A stretch of 64,000 nucleotides of DNA. It comes from Hyphomicrobiales bacterium (GTDB lineage: Bacteria; Pseudomonadota; Alphaproteobacteria; Rhizobiales; Methyloligellaceae). How positions within the stretch are numbered: the first letter of the stretch is position 1; each line of letters opens with the position of its first letter. The translations under genes were made by a program, and so were the position numbers. The notes below the pieces were generated by a model, which saw only the letters and a list, made by a program, of their open reading frames with translations, did no database searches and was not told the origin of the DNA. The stretch lies in assembly GCA_965228625.1 (NCBI GenBank), contig OZ245829.1, positions 615,137 through 679,136 on the forward strand. Direction: 5' to 3'. This document shows positions 28,420 through 39,143 of this stretch, in pieces.

Positions 28420-29568
28420 ATGGGCGCTGTCCGTCCCTTCAAACTCGCCGTCCCGGATGCAACGCTGGAGCACATCCGCACCAGGGTCGCCGCCTTCCCG
28501 TGGGACGACATGCCGCCGCTCGATGGCTGGGCCCTTGGCGCCAACATCGACTACATGCGGGAGCTGTGCGCCTACTGGCTCGACAAGTTCGACTGGCGCG
28601 CCCAGGAAGCGAAGATCAACCGCTTTGCGCATTTCACTGCCCCGGTCGACGACCTCGACATCCATTTCATCCATGAGAAAGGCAGCGGCCCGACGCCGCG
28701 ACCCCTGCTGATCAGTCATGGCTGGCCCGGGTCCGTCGTCGAGTTCCTGGAGATTATCGAGCCGCTGGCGCATCCAGAACGGTTCGGCGGCAGCGCGGAG
28801 GATGCCTTCGACGTGATCGCACCCTCGCTGCCGGGCTTCGGGTTTTCCGGCAAGCCGGAGCAGCCGATGGGTCCGCGGGCCATCGCCCGCCACTTCGCCA
28901 CGCTGATGACCGACGTCCTCGGCTATGACGGTTACATCGCCCAGGGCGGCGACTGGGGCGGCGCGGTGTCCGCATGGCTCGGCTTCGATCATGCACCCGC
29001 CTGCCGCGCCATTCACGTCAACATCATGATGATGCGACACCCGGACGGGCCACAGGGCGCGGAAGAGGAAGCCTGGGCCGCCCGGTTCGCCAGGGAGCAG
29101 GAGCTCGAGGAAGGCTACCGCACCCAACAGGCGACGAAGCCTCAGTCCCTGAGCTATGCGATGATGGACAGTCCGGTCGGTATAGCGGCGTGGATCATCG
29201 AGAAGTTCAATTCCTGGTCCGACACGCGCGGCGGCGACATCGACAGCGTCTTCACCAAGGACCGGCTGCTCACCAACATCATGGTCTATCTGGTCACCGG
29301 CACATTCGCCACCGCGAGCTGGATCTACGCCGGGCGGCGCACGGAAGGCGGCCGGTTGCTCTCGCCCGAGGGCAAACGGGTCGAGGTGCCCACGGCCTGC
29401 GCGGTGTTTCCCGAAGAGCTCCTGGAATGGCCGCCGCGCAGCTATGTCGAGCGCGTCTACAACGTTGCGCGCTGGACCGAGATGCCCCGCGGCGGGCACT
29501 TCGCAGCCATGGAACAACCGGACCTACTGATTGACGATATTCGCACCTTCGTGCGTTCTTTGTCATAA
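28420..29568 (+). CDS. epoxide hydrolase (microsomal type, alpha/beta hydrolase with EH N-terminal domain)
   Basis: FPWDDMP..., HGWPGS oxyanion motif, FDVIAPSLPGFGFS, GGDWG nucleophile motif. Confidence 0.85.
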   Translation: MGAVRPFKLAVPDATLEHIRTRVAAFPWDDMPPLDGWALGANIDYMRELCAYWLDKFDWRAQEAKINRFAHFTAPVDDLDIHFIHEKGSGPTPRPLLISHGWPGSVVEFLEIIEPLAHPERFGGSAEDAFDVIAPSLPGFGFSGKPEQPMGPRAIARHFATLMTDVLGYDGYIAQGGDWGGAVSAWLGFDHAPACRAIHVNIMMMRHPDGPQGAEEEAWAARFAREQELEEGYRTQQATKPQSLSYAMMDSPVGIAAWIIEKFNSWSDTRGGDIDSVFTKDRLLTNIMVYLVTGTFATASWIYAGRRTEGGRLLSPEGKRVEVPTACAVFPEELLEWPPRSYVERVYNVARWTEMPRGGHFAAMEQPDLLIDDIRTFVRSLS

Positions 29569-29777
29569 ATACGTCGTAACAACTTAATGTTGTGCGCATC
29601 CATTACTGCAACTATTGATCGGTCTTTCTGTTGCGCAACCGCCACATCTGAAAAAAAACGGCAACTTGCAGTAGAAAATTTTTTCCCGACTGCTGGACCG
29701 TGACAAAAATCCGGGCCTTAGCTTCTTGTTGTAACGGACCCAAATCGTACATGGGGCCAAGCAAACAGGGGGCAGAA

Positions 29778-32597
29778 GTGAGCCGGAACAGGACGGCAAG
29801 GCGCAGGGCCGCCGCCCTTGCACGCAAGGAGCGCGGAAGGGCGCAAGTGTCTGCGCCCGGATTCCTGCGTGCCACCACTCTCGGTACGCTTGCCGCGAGC
29901 GCCGCGATATTCGGCTATGGCCGGACGACCCAGGCCGGTCCCGACGCCTGCGGTACCGTCGCCAATGTCGCCACGTGCACGGGAAACCAGTCGGCGGGCA
30001 TCACCAGTACCGCCGATTTCAATCCGGCCGTCGTCAACGTCCTGAACGTCAACACCCTGAACCAGGACATCGCGCCGGCTGCGGGCGTTTCCGGCATCTA
30101 CTTCAGGTCCGACGACGCCATCACCATCAACTCCGACACCGGTAACTTCGAGATCGTCACACAGGGAAGCGATACGTACGGCATATACGCCTACTCCGAG
30201 GTCTCCGGAAACGTCTCGATTACGCACAACGGGAATATCCGCACCGAAGGCAATTTCAGCTACGGCATATACGCCTATGCCGCCGACGGGGCGGTCACGG
30301 TTGTCCATACCGGCAACATCCGCAACAACGCCAGTTACAGCGGCGCGATCGATGCCCGCTCCGATAACGGCAACGTAACGGTCGAACAGACAGGGACGAT
30401 CATCACCGGAGCCACGGGTTTTGGAATCAGTGCTGAAAGCTACGGCCCGGGCACCGTCACCGTGGAGCAGACCGGCAGCATCACCACCGAGAATGCCGCC
30501 GCGATCCGTGCATTTTCCAACGGCGGCAACGTGGATGTTACGCAAACAGGGGACGTTACATCATCGAATTTCACGGCGATCAATGCAGGCTCGGACGGCA
30601 CTGGCAATGTGGCGGTCACGCAGATCGGCAACATCTCCACGGACGGAGTGCTTGCAGCCGGCATCTATGCGGTTTCCTACGGCTCCGGCCCAGTCACCGT
30701 GACGCAATCGGGCAACATCACCACGCAAGGCACCGGATCATTCGGCATCTTTGCGCGTTCCTATGGCGCAAGCCCGATTACAATCAACAAGACCGGCGGC
30801 CTGACGGCGAGCGGCGACGATGCTGACGGCGTCAGAGTGTACGCCAACGGCGGTGCGGTCACAGTCAATCTCTCCGGCGGTACGGTCCAGGGCGGTGGCG
30901 ACGACGCCGCAGGCGTCTATATTTCAAATATCGGCGGCACGTCGAACGAACTGAACATTGCCGCCAGCGGTACGCTCTGGGCCCTGTCCGGTATTGCCGT
31001 CACCAGCAACGACGGCGACGACGAGGTTAACAACGCCGGCACGGTGACCGGCAACGTCACGCTCGGAGCGGGAACCAACGCTTTCAACAATCTCGCCGGC
31101 GGGCAATTCAATTCGGGCGCAACTGTCGATCTCGGCGCGGGCAACCTGCTCAACAATGCCGGTACGCTGTCGCCCGGCGGCTCCGCCGCGGTCCAGACCA
31201 CGGCGCTGACTGGCAACATCAACCAGACAGCGTCCGGCGTGTTCGAGGTAGATGTGAACGGAGTGGCCGCAACCGCGGACCGGGTCAATGTGAGCGGATC
31301 CGCGAACCTTGCCGGCACCGTCCAGGCGCAGGTGCAGGACCCCACGTTCGGAACCCAATCAAATGTCATTCTGTCCGCTGCGGGCGGTGTCACCGACAAC
31401 GGACTCGGGCTCGTCTCGAGTCCGCTCCTGGAGGCGTCCCTGTCCTTCCCGAACGCCACCGACGTGGTTTTGACGACCACCGTCATCGGCTTCGCACCGC
31501 CCGGCGTGACCCTCAACCAGAACCAGACCAGTCTGGCGAACAACCTGAACGCGATACTGGGCTCCGGCGGCGGCACGGTCGGTCCGCTGCTGCTGGCGCT
31601 GCTCAACGACGTTCAGAGCGTGCCCGCCTATCTCAATGCGCTGGATCAGCTCATTCCCGAAGGCTACCTGAACACCGAGTCGGCTTCGCTGTTCGCGGCC
31701 GAGGAGTTCAACAACAACCTCCTGAGCTGCCCCAAGGCCGGCCCCGGCTTCACAGCCATCAGCCAGGGGCAATGCATGTGGGTGCGCTATGACGGAAGGT
31801 GGCTCGATAGAGACTCCACCCGCCAGAACATCGGCTATGACGAGGACACGCACGGGATTTCAGGTGGGGGCCAGGTCGCCGTCGCACCCAACTGGTTCGT
31901 GGGGCTCGCCGCGGCTTACGAGGATAGCGATCTCGATACCGACACCAATGCGTCCGCCGACACCGACCGCTACATGCTCGGCGGCGTCATCAAGTATCAG
32001 TCGGGTCCCGTGCTCATGGCGCTCGCCGGCTCCATCGGCACCGGCGAAGTCGACATGACGCGGCAGATCAGTTTCGGCGGCTTCAACGCCACGGCGCGTT
32101 CCAGTTACGACGTCGATCATGTGGGGGCGACCTTCCATGCGGCCTATCTTCTGGACCGCAGTAGCTGGTACGCGAAACCCTTCGTCGACATAAACGTCAC
32201 CCATATCGATAGGGACAGCGTGACCGAGACCGGCGGCGGGGCGGCAAACCTCAATCTTTCCGGCTCGGACGAGACCTATTTCTCGGTGACGCCCGCGCTT
32301 GAGCTCGGCACCACCATCGACAGAGGCGACGGGCGCGCCATCCGGCCATACGTGCGCGCCGGCGTGACCATCTATGGCGACACCGACCAATCGCTTACCG
32401 CGCGCTTCGTCGGCGCGCCGGCGGCGGCCGGCGGCTTCACCTCCACTTCGGAGTTCGACGACGTGTTCGCTGACATCGAGGCGGGCGTGACCCTGTTCCA
32501 TGGAGACCAGCACACCGTGTCCGCCGGCTACGAGGGCCGCTTCTCCGACGACACCGAAGTCCACGGCTTCTTCGTCAAGGGCACGCGGACGTTCTAG
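29778..32597 (+). CDS. autotransporter (type Va) with beta-helix passenger and C-terminal beta-barrel
   Basis: GTG 29778 with SD GGGGG (alternatives 29700/29751). Extended signal peptide, about 25-30 aa passenger repeats (GN-I-T...G-I-A), C-terminal barrel ending ...FFVKGTRTF. Confidence 0.85.
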   Translation: MSRNRTARRRAAALARKERGRAQVSAPGFLRATTLGTLAASAAIFGYGRTTQAGPDACGTVANVATCTGNQSAGITSTADFNPAVVNVLNVNTLNQDIAPAAGVSGIYFRSDDAITINSDTGNFEIVTQGSDTYGIYAYSEVSGNVSITHNGNIRTEGNFSYGIYAYAADGAVTVVHTGNIRNNASYSGAIDARSDNGNVTVEQTGTIITGATGFGISAESYGPGTVTVEQTGSITTENAAAIRAFSNGGNVDVTQTGDVTSSNFTAINAGSDGTGNVAVTQIGNISTDGVLAAGIYAVSYGSGPVTVTQSGNITTQGTGSFGIFARSYGASPITINKTGGLTASGDDADGVRVYANGGAVTVNLSGGTVQGGGDDAAGVYISNIGGTSNELNIAASGTLWALSGIAVTSNDGDDEVNNAGTVTGNVTLGAGTNAFNNLAGGQFNSGATVDLGAGNLLNNAGTLSPGGSAAVQTTALTGNINQTASGVFEVDVNGVAATADRVNVSGSANLAGTVQAQVQDPTFGTQSNVILSAAGGVTDNGLGLVSSPLLEASLSFPNATDVVLTTTVIGFAPPGVTLNQNQTSLANNLNAILGSGGGTVGPLLLALLNDVQSVPAYLNALDQLIPEGYLNTESASLFAAEEFNNNLLSCPKAGPGFTAISQGQCMWVRYDGRWLDRDSTRQNIGYDEDTHGISGGGQVAVAPNWFVGLAAAYEDSDLDTDTNASADTDRYMLGGVIKYQSGPVLMALAGSIGTGEVDMTRQISFGGFNATARSSYDVDHVGATFHAAYLLDRSSWYAKPFVDINVTHIDRDSVTETGGGAANLNLSGSDETYFSVTPALELGTTIDRGDGRAIRPYVRAGVTIYGDTDQSLTARFVGAPAAAGGFTSTSEFDDVFADIEAGVTLFHGDQHTVSAGYEGRFSDDTEVHGFFVKGTRTF

Positions 32598-32599
32598 CG

Positions 32600-32760
32600 G
32601 CGCGGCCAGACCAACACGCGAAATCCCGGACAAGGGCCGGCCGCCGCGGTCTGTGTGCCGTTGCGTTTGATCCGGCCCGCGATCCGGGATCCAGCGCACA
32701 GTGAATGAAAATATGGATTCCCGCTTTCGCGGGAATTTCGGTATCAAGGGCAGACAAACC
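32600..32760. repeat. REP-like composite palindromic intergenic element
   Basis: Hairpin ATTCCCGC-TTTC-GCGGGAAT at 32717-32736 (reads MDSRFRGN / IPAKAGIH in spurious ORFs), plus GATCCGG..CCGGGATC and CTGTGTGC..GCGCACAG nested inverted repeats. Confidence 0.45.
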
Positions 32761-32872
32761 AATAAACTGCACCCGCGATGACCAAGGCCGCAATAATGGG
32801 CACAGCCGGGCAACCGGGCGATCTAACGAACTTACAACTCATTTTTCAGCGTATTGAACAGGAGTAACCACC

Positions 32873-33304
32873 ATGGGCAGTGATGAAGAACAAGCCGTCA
32901 TGCAGGCCGTGAAGGGCTTTTACGACGCCCTGGCTGTCATTTTCGAAGGCAGCACGGACGCGATGGAAGAGCTCTGGTCGCATGCGGACGACGTTACCTA
33001 TATGGGCCCGGGTGGTGGCTATCAGCACGGATGGGAGCAGGTTCTCGAGAACTGGCGGGCGCAGGCCGCGCTCAAGATGGGCGGCAAGGTGACGCCTGAG
33101 AACATTCGCATTTCGGTGGGCCATGATATCGCCGTGGCGCACAACCTTGAGATCGGACACGTCGCCGACCCCGAGGGAGAGGACGAGACGGTATCCCTGC
33201 GGGCGACCAATCTGTTCCGCAAGGAGAACGGGACTTGGAAGATGATCGGTCATCATGCCGATCTTCTGACTTTCCTGACGAAAGCCATCGGGGAGAAGAC
33301 CTGA
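32873..33304 (+). CDS. SnoaL-like / NTF2-fold (DUF4440-like) protein
   Basis: SD AGGAG. The ...FYDAL...W..DDVTYMGP...W.....NLFRKENGTWKM..HH pattern fits the NTF2-like fold. Confidence 0.6.
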   Translation: MGSDEEQAVMQAVKGFYDALAVIFEGSTDAMEELWSHADDVTYMGPGGGYQHGWEQVLENWRAQAALKMGGKVTPENIRISVGHDIAVAHNLEIGHVADPEGEDETVSLRATNLFRKENGTWKMIGHHADLLTFLTKAIGEKT

Positions 33305-33310
33305 CGCGGA

Positions 33311-34561
33311 TCAGGACGGACGCGCGGTCAACTTGGCGATCGCGGCACCGCCCCAGGTCAGGATCACGAGCACCAGCCCCAGCCCCGCTATAGCCGTGAC
33401 GATATAGAACGGCAGGCGGATATCGACGGACATCAGGCCGCCACCGACCAGGGACATCACGCCGCCCGAAAGGCAGAACACCGCGGTCGTCACGCCCATG
33501 ACCCAGCCCTGATCGGCCTCGCTCACGCTGCTCGAGAACAGTCCGAGCAGCGTCGGGTACGAAATGCCGAACAGAAAGTAGAAGAAGAAGATGGGAACAT
33601 AGGTCAGGACGGGATTCGGCAGCAGCACGAAGGCGAGAGAGCTGACGGCCATTGTGAGCAGGCTCGCACCGATGATATTCCGCTTCTCGAAGCGCGCCTG
33701 CGCCGGTTTCACCAGGAACGTGCTGCTCGTCGCCAATGCGATACCGATCACAAGCATCGCCACGCTGCCGCCGATGACGCCGTATCCGAAGGCGCTGGTC
33801 AGGTAGTTGTCGATGAAGATGTAGAAGGTGCTGTTGGCCAACATGAACAGCGCGTAGACCGGCATGATCTGCATCACCACCGGATGCTGTGTGACCCGCC
33901 AGAGCGCGTCGGTGATGTCGCGAGGCCGGAAAACGAAATGCGTGCGCTCGGTGCGGATGTCATGAAAGTAGATGACGACCAGAGCGATCGCGATCAGGAC
34001 CAACACAAATGCACCGTAGAACGGTAACTTCAGGCTTGCGATCCCACCAAGCAGCGCGGGGTCGGACAGCAACGCCCCGATGATCGGGCCGCCGACCAGG
34101 CCGAAGCTGACACCGGTGACGATAAAACCCATGTTGCGGTCACGGTCGGCCGCGTCCGTGCTGCCGTCGATCATCGCTGCCTGGGCGATCGGCTGATTGC
34201 CCGCCGTGAACCCGGTGATCGCGCGGCCGAGAATCAGCAACCACATGCTGTTTACGTAGAGCGAGACAATGGTCAGCGCATAACCAGCCAGCGCCCCGCC
34301 GAGACAGACCAGCAGGGCATTCTTGCGGCCGATCGAGTCGGACACCTTGGCGACGTAAACCACACCGAGAAACCAGGAGAGGAAGAACGTCCCGATCACC
34401 AGCCCGTAGTTGAAGTGGCGCCTGTCCATGGTCGTGTCTTGCGGGAGAAAGCCGGACGACGGGTCCATGATCAGGGTATTGATGATCGGAAAGACGAGGC
34501 CCTGGCCGATCAGATCGACGAAGACCACGAACATCAGTGTGATCTTGGCCATTGCGGTCAT
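33311..34561 (-). CDS. MFS transporter (drug:H+ antiporter / Tet-like)
   Basis: Start at MTAMAKITLMFVVFVDLIG (GGGGGG 9 nt upstream). DSIGRKN loop motif. Confidence 0.8.
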   Translation of the reverse strand: MTAMAKITLMFVVFVDLIGQGLVFPIINTLIMDPSSGFLPQDTTMDRRHFNYGLVIGTFFLSWFLGVVYVAKVSDSIGRKNALLVCLGGALAGYALTIVSLYVNSMWLLILGRAITGFTAGNQPIAQAAMIDGSTDAADRDRNMGFIVTGVSFGLVGGPIIGALLSDPALLGGIASLKLPFYGAFVLVLIAIALVVIYFHDIRTERTHFVFRPRDITDALWRVTQHPVVMQIMPVYALFMLANSTFYIFIDNYLTSAFGYGVIGGSVAMLVIGIALATSSTFLVKPAQARFEKRNIIGASLLTMAVSSLAFVLLPNPVLTYVPIFFFYFLFGISYPTLLGLFSSSVSEADQGWVMGVTTAVFCLSGGVMSLVGGGLMSVDIRLPFYIVTAIAGLGLVLVILTWGGAAIAKLTARPS

Positions 34562-34727
34562 AGCGCGCATCCCCCCGGACGTGATCCTTCGTTGGCCACA
34601 AAAGCCAAGTTTGACGGCGCGAGCATACGTGATGCGCAGACGCGGACCAAGCCGTGTTCGGCGCGGCCGCATCGTCCGACTCCGGTGAGGCTCTTGTCTC
34701 GGATACGACGGTCAGGCCTGGAGTGCC

Positions 34728-35438
34728 TCAACCAAGACGGCCGCTTTCCAGCGTATCAAGTTCGGCAAATCCGGCCTGTGCCTCTTCAACGAAGCGCCGG
34801 GTCAGATCGGCGCGTTTGCGCCCGTCCGGGCCTTCGATCCCCGTGTGGACATCGACCCCGGCCGGGCGGACGGTGTGGATGGCCTCGCGTACGTTACCGG
34901 GGTTCAAGCCGCCTGCCAGGATGACGGGCCGGGTTGATGCGTCAACCAGCCGCCGGCTGACCTCCCAGTCGTGCGTTTTACCGGTCGCGCCGGATGCACC
35001 GGTCGCGGGATCGAACGTGTCGGTGATGAACGAGTCGACGTGCGCTCCATAGCGCTGAACCTCGTCGATCAAGGTATCCGTGTTTTGACCACGGACGATG
35101 AGGCTCTTGATGATCCTGAGCTTCGGCGCCTCTCGCTTCAACACTCTTATTTCCTCGAGGCTCGTCTCTCCGTGCAACTGGACCATGTCGACCGACAAGG
35201 CACGACAAAGCTCAAGGATGTCTCCCGCCTCGTTCGCATAGGTGATCAGGAAGAAGGTCGCCTCGTTGCCGAGTTCGGCAACGATCGACGCCGCGGCATC
35301 GATCGTCAGATCCTCCTTGTGGTAGCCCAGCACAAGGGGGAACCCGATATGCGCGATCCCGCAGTCGATCAGCAACTGCGCCTCGGCCAGATCGATGACG
35401 CCCGCGACATGGATGCGCGCTCCGGACCCTGTTCCCAT
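34728..35438 (-). CDS. phosphoribosylanthranilate isomerase-like protein (stand-alone TrpF paralogue)
   Basis: SD GGAGGAG. ...VQLHG..., ILAGGLNPGNV, GVDVHTGIE motifs. Confidence 0.7.
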   Translation of the reverse strand: MGTGSGARIHVAGVIDLAEAQLLIDCGIAHIGFPLVLGYHKEDLTIDAAASIVAELGNEATFFLITYANEAGDILELCRALSVDMVQLHGETSLEEIRVLKREAPKLRIIKSLIVRGQNTDTLIDEVQRYGAHVDSFITDTFDPATGASGATGKTHDWEVSRRLVDASTRPVILAGGLNPGNVREAIHTVRPAGVDVHTGIEGPDGRKRADLTRRFVEEAQAGFAELDTLESGRLG

Positions 35439-35799
35439 CGGTCTGCTTCAACTCCTCCGTCCGTATCGGATTCCGTATCGACCGCGTCTTTGGCAAAGAG
35501 ATAAAGGCACGTCAATTCCTCCGACGATAGCGAGGGCCACGACTTCTTCGTCAAGAGGGCGTGGACGTTTTGTACCGTCATTCCGGACCGTGGCGTCTGC
35601 GCGACGCCGTCGTCCTCGAACGTCCCTCGCGTCTTGTGTGAAGACAGCGCGGGCTCGACTATGATCAAACTGAAAGCTTCAGAGCGAGTCGGGCAATGCG
35701 TTCACCGTGATCGGCTTGCCCGGCTTCGGCAATGATTTGGCGCATGTTTGACGTTGTCGGAATCGGTCGAGCGAAGCATTGCCAAAACGGGGGGTATTC

Positions 35800-36612
35800 A
35801 TGAGTGGTCTCGATTTCATAAATGCAACTCCGGCCTGGACGCTCGCTCTCCTGGTAATCATTTTGGCCATCGGTTTCAGCGTCGGTTTGCAGTTGTTCAC
35901 ACGCTGGCGTTTCGGCGTCGACCTTGTCGAGTCGAACCACGAAGTCGCCGGTTTCAAATTTGCGGTGGTCGGCGTCGCCTACGGTGTGCTCCTGGCCTTC
36001 GTCGTCCTCAGCGTCTGGGACGAGTATGAGCAAACCAAGGGTTCCGTGGAGGCCGAAGCGGAGCGGTTCTACAACCTGTTTCGGAACACCTACAATTATC
36101 CCCCGAAAACGGCTGCCAAAATGCAGGATGCGTTGATCGACTACGCGATCGAAGTGCGCGACAACGAGTGGCCGCAAATGCAACAGGGGGTTCGTGGCAG
36201 CACGTCCACCGCGGAAGCGTATACCAGGCTGAGCTTCATTGTCGGGAAGGCACGGCCCGCGGAGATCCAGTTTGTTCCGAGCGTCATGCACTCACTCAAT
36301 CTGCTGCAGCAGATCGCAGATCACAGAATGGAGAGATTGTCCGATGTCGGCGGTCACGTGACGCCCGCTGTGTGGGCGGTGCTGCTGCTGGGGGCATTCA
36401 TCACTCTGGGCTATTGCTCGTTCTTCGCGACGAAGCGTGTCGGTGCCCAGATCCTCATGACCGGCGGGCTCGCTGCAATCATCGGCTCGATCTTCTTCCT
36501 GATGTTGATACTGAACTACCCGTTCTCGGGACCGCAGGCGCTGTCACCCACTCCAATCGGCGATGCCATAGAGCGCATGCGGGCAGAGATCGACAATGCC
36601 AGCGATCGATAA
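35800..36612 (+). CDS. DUF4239-like membrane protein
   Basis: Start at MSGLDFI (SD GGGGGG). N- and C-terminal TM segments flank a soluble region, pattern recognised as DUF4239. Confidence 0.55.
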   Translation: MSGLDFINATPAWTLALLVIILAIGFSVGLQLFTRWRFGVDLVESNHEVAGFKFAVVGVAYGVLLAFVVLSVWDEYEQTKGSVEAEAERFYNLFRNTYNYPPKTAAKMQDALIDYAIEVRDNEWPQMQQGVRGSTSTAEAYTRLSFIVGKARPAEIQFVPSVMHSLNLLQQIADHRMERLSDVGGHVTPAVWAVLLLGAFITLGYCSFFATKRVGAQILMTGGLAAIIGSIFFLMLILNYPFSGPQALSPTPIGDAIERMRAEIDNASDR

Positions 36613-36716
36613 TCTCCGCTCGAGCGGCCTGCCGCCGCGGAACCCCGCGCGCAGACAGGCCGCGACCGGCGGATAGACTGTTATCCGGCAACGGCACGCC
36701 GTTCTGTGGCTCTTAA

Positions 36717-37751
36717 CTAGGCGTAACGATAGGGCCGGCCGGCCTTCTGCATATCTTCGTTGTATTTGCGGAAAATGCCGATGACCTTTGCCTTGGTTTC
36801 GGATTCCGCGGCGATCTCATCCCAGAACTTCACCGCCGCTTCTTCCACCGTTGCCCATTCCTCGTCGGGAATGCTCGTCAGCTTCAGTTTCGTGCCGTTG
36901 ACGCGCAGGTCTGCCTCGCCACCCCAGTACCACCACTGGCGATAATAGTGGCTCTGGTCCATGCAGACCTTCAGCAGTTCCTTCAGATTGTCGGGAAGCT
37001 CGTTCCAGCGATCCGCATTTGCGTAGAACGATCCGATCCACGCACCCGATATGTTGTTGGTCAGGAAGTAGTTTGTCACATCCGCCCAACCGACGGTGTA
37101 ATCCTCCGTGATGCCGGACCAGGCGATGCCGTCGAGCTCTCCGGTTTGAACCGCTGTTTCAATATCTTCCCACGGCAGGGTCACGGGAACGACGCCGAAC
37201 TGGCTGAGGAAGCGTCCGGCGGTGGGAAACGTGAAGACCCTCTTGCCCTTCAGATCCGCCAGCGACCGGATCGGATCCTTGGTGGCGAAGTGGCACGGGT
37301 CCCACGCGCCCGCGGAAATATGTTTGACGCCGACGGCGGCGTATTCCTTGTCCCAGATTTCGCCAAGGCCGTACTGATTGAACAGGACGGGCACATCGAG
37401 CGAGTAGCGGCAGGCGAACGGAAAGTATCCGCCGAAGACGGTCACTTCCGTCGGCGAGGCCATGGAGTCGTCGTCGGACTGAACCGCGTCAATCGTCCCC
37501 TTCTGCATGGCACGAAAAAGTTCGCCGGTCGGCACCAGTTGATCGGAGAAAAACAGCTCGATCTCCATCTGATCGCCCGCGATCTTGTTGAAACTGTCGA
37601 TGGCCGGTTTGATGACGTGTGCCGCGAGCGCCGGACCGGCATAGGTCTGTAGCCGCCATTTGATCTTTGATTGGGCGATCGCGGGTGCGGCCAGCGCCGC
37701 GGCCGGTGCGGCAACGGCCGCGCCTTTGAGAAACTTGCGTCGTGTCGTCAT
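36717..37751 (-). CDS. dctP: TRAP transporter substrate-binding protein with Tat signal
   Basis: Start at MTTRRKFLKGAAVAAPAA (SD GGGAGGA). DctP-family length and pattern. Confidence 0.85.
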   Translation of the reverse strand: MTTRRKFLKGAAVAAPAAALAAPAIAQSKIKWRLQTYAGPALAAHVIKPAIDSFNKIAGDQMEIELFFSDQLVPTGELFRAMQKGTIDAVQSDDDSMASPTEVTVFGGYFPFACRYSLDVPVLFNQYGLGEIWDKEYAAVGVKHISAGAWDPCHFATKDPIRSLADLKGKRVFTFPTAGRFLSQFGVVPVTLPWEDIETAVQTGELDGIAWSGITEDYTVGWADVTNYFLTNNISGAWIGSFYANADRWNELPDNLKELLKVCMDQSHYYRQWWYWGGEADLRVNGTKLKLTSIPDEEWATVEEAAVKFWDEIAAESETKAKVIGIFRKYNEDMQKAGRPYRYA

Positions 37752-37817
37752 TGGTCCTGTTTTCCTCCCTGAAATGTCCCTTTTAACACGCACCTGTGCG
37801 TCGATCTCAAGCTCCCG

Positions 37818-39143
37818 CTATTTCCCGTAGATGTAGTTCGGCAGCCAAAGCGCGATTTGCGGGAATGTCATGACGAGCCCCAGCGCCAGCGCCATCACCA
37901 GAACAAAGGGCGTGATGGAACTGTAGATATCCCTAAGCGAGATTTCAGGCGGGGCCATGGCCCGCATCAGAAACAGATTGTAACCGAAGGGCGGCGTCAT
38001 GTAGGCGATCTGCGTCGTGATCGTATAGAGAACACCGTACCAGATGAGGTCAAAGCCGAGCACCTTGACCAGCGGCACATAGAGCGGCGCGACGATGACC
38101 AGCATGGCGGTATCGTCGAGGAACGTGCCCATGACGAGGAACGAAAGCTGCATGAGGATGAGGATCATCCACGGGTTCAGGCCAAGCTGTTCGGTGAAGA
38201 GGTTGTCGATTGCGCGCACCGCCCCGAGACCGTCGAACACCGCGCCGAATGCCAGCGCGGCGAGGATGATCCACATGAACATGCAGGACACGGCGAGCGT
38301 CTGACGGACAGAGACTTCGAACACCTCCCGCGTCATGCGCCCCTTCAGGACGGCTGCGAGAAACGCCGCCGTCGCCCCCACCGCCGAACTCTCCACCAGA
38401 GAGGTCCAGCCGTTCACAAACGGCACCATCATCACAGCGAATATGAACAACGGCAGAAGCCCTGCGCGCAGCAGGCGCAGCTTCTCGCCGAGGGCAATGT
38501 TTCGATCCTCCGGAGCCAAAGCCGGTCCCAGTTGCGGTTGGGTCCGGCACCGGATGTAAATGTAGATCATGAACAGGGCGGCCATCATCAGTCCGGGAAA
38601 CACGCCGGCGAGCCAGAGCTGGCCCACGGGCTGACGCGCGATCATGGCGTAAAGAACCAACACGACCGAAGGCGGAACAAGAATCCCAAGCGACGAGCCG
38701 GCCTGGATGACGCCGGTCACCATCCGCTTGTCGTAGCCGCGTTTCAGCAGCTCCGGCAGAGCGATCGTCGCACCGATGGCCATGCCTGCTACCGAGAGGC
38801 CGTTCATCGCCGAGATCAGGATCATCAGGCCAATCGTGCCTATGGCGAGGCCGCCGCGCACCGGGCCCATCCAGACGTGAAACATCCGGTAGAGATCGTC
38901 CGCGATTTTCGATTCCGACAGGACGTAACCCATGAAAATGAACATCGGCAGTGTCAGGAGCGGATACCACTTCATGAGCTTCATGGCGGACGCGAAGGCA
39001 ATGTCGGAACCACCCGTCCCCCAGAGCGCCAGGGCCGCAATGGCGCCGACTGCGCCGATGGCTCCGAACACCCGCTGCCCGGTGAACAGCATGAGCATCA
39101 TCGAGGCGAACATGAACAGGGCGATCATCTCGTGCGACATCAC
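37818..39143 (-). CDS. dctM: TRAP transporter large permease
   Basis: 441 aa polytopic protein. 4-nt overlap with the upstream dctQ. Confidence 0.9.
   Translation of the reverse strand: MMSHEMIALFMFASMMLMLFTGQRVFGAIGAVGAIAALALWGTGGSDIAFASAMKLMKWYPLLTLPMFIFMGYVLSESKIADDLYRMFHVWMGPVRGGLAIGTIGLMILISAMNGLSVAGMAIGATIALPELLKRGYDKRMVTGVIQAGSSLGILVPPSVVLVLYAMIARQPVGQLWLAGVFPGLMMAALFMIYIYIRCRTQPQLGPALAPEDRNIALGEKLRLLRAGLLPLFIFAVMMVPFVNGWTSLVESSAVGATAAFLAAVLKGRMTREVFEVSVRQTLAVSCMFMWIILAALAFGAVFDGLGAVRAIDNLFTEQLGLNPWMILILMQLSFLVMGTFLDDTAMLVIVAPLYVPLVKVLGFDLIWYGVLYTITTQIAYMTPPFGYNLFLMRAMAPPEISLRDIYSSITPFVLVMALALGLVMTFPQIALWLPNYIYGK

Noticed and set aside
32575-32793. 72-aa ORF containing IPAKAGIHIF, and the overlapping 317-aa ORF 31860-32813
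   Set aside because: The translation derives from the palindromic REP-like element and from the antisense of the autotransporter barrel. This is a known type of annotation artefact.
35369-35668. 99-aa minus-strand ORF (TTG start) upstream of and overlapping the trpF-like gene by 70 nt
   Set aside because: It has no SD and no recognisable family. The trpF-like ATG has its own strong GGAGGAG SD inside this ORF. A shorter ORF starting at MTVQNVH has fairly high GC3, so a small upstream gene cannot be fully excluded, but the evidence is insufficient.
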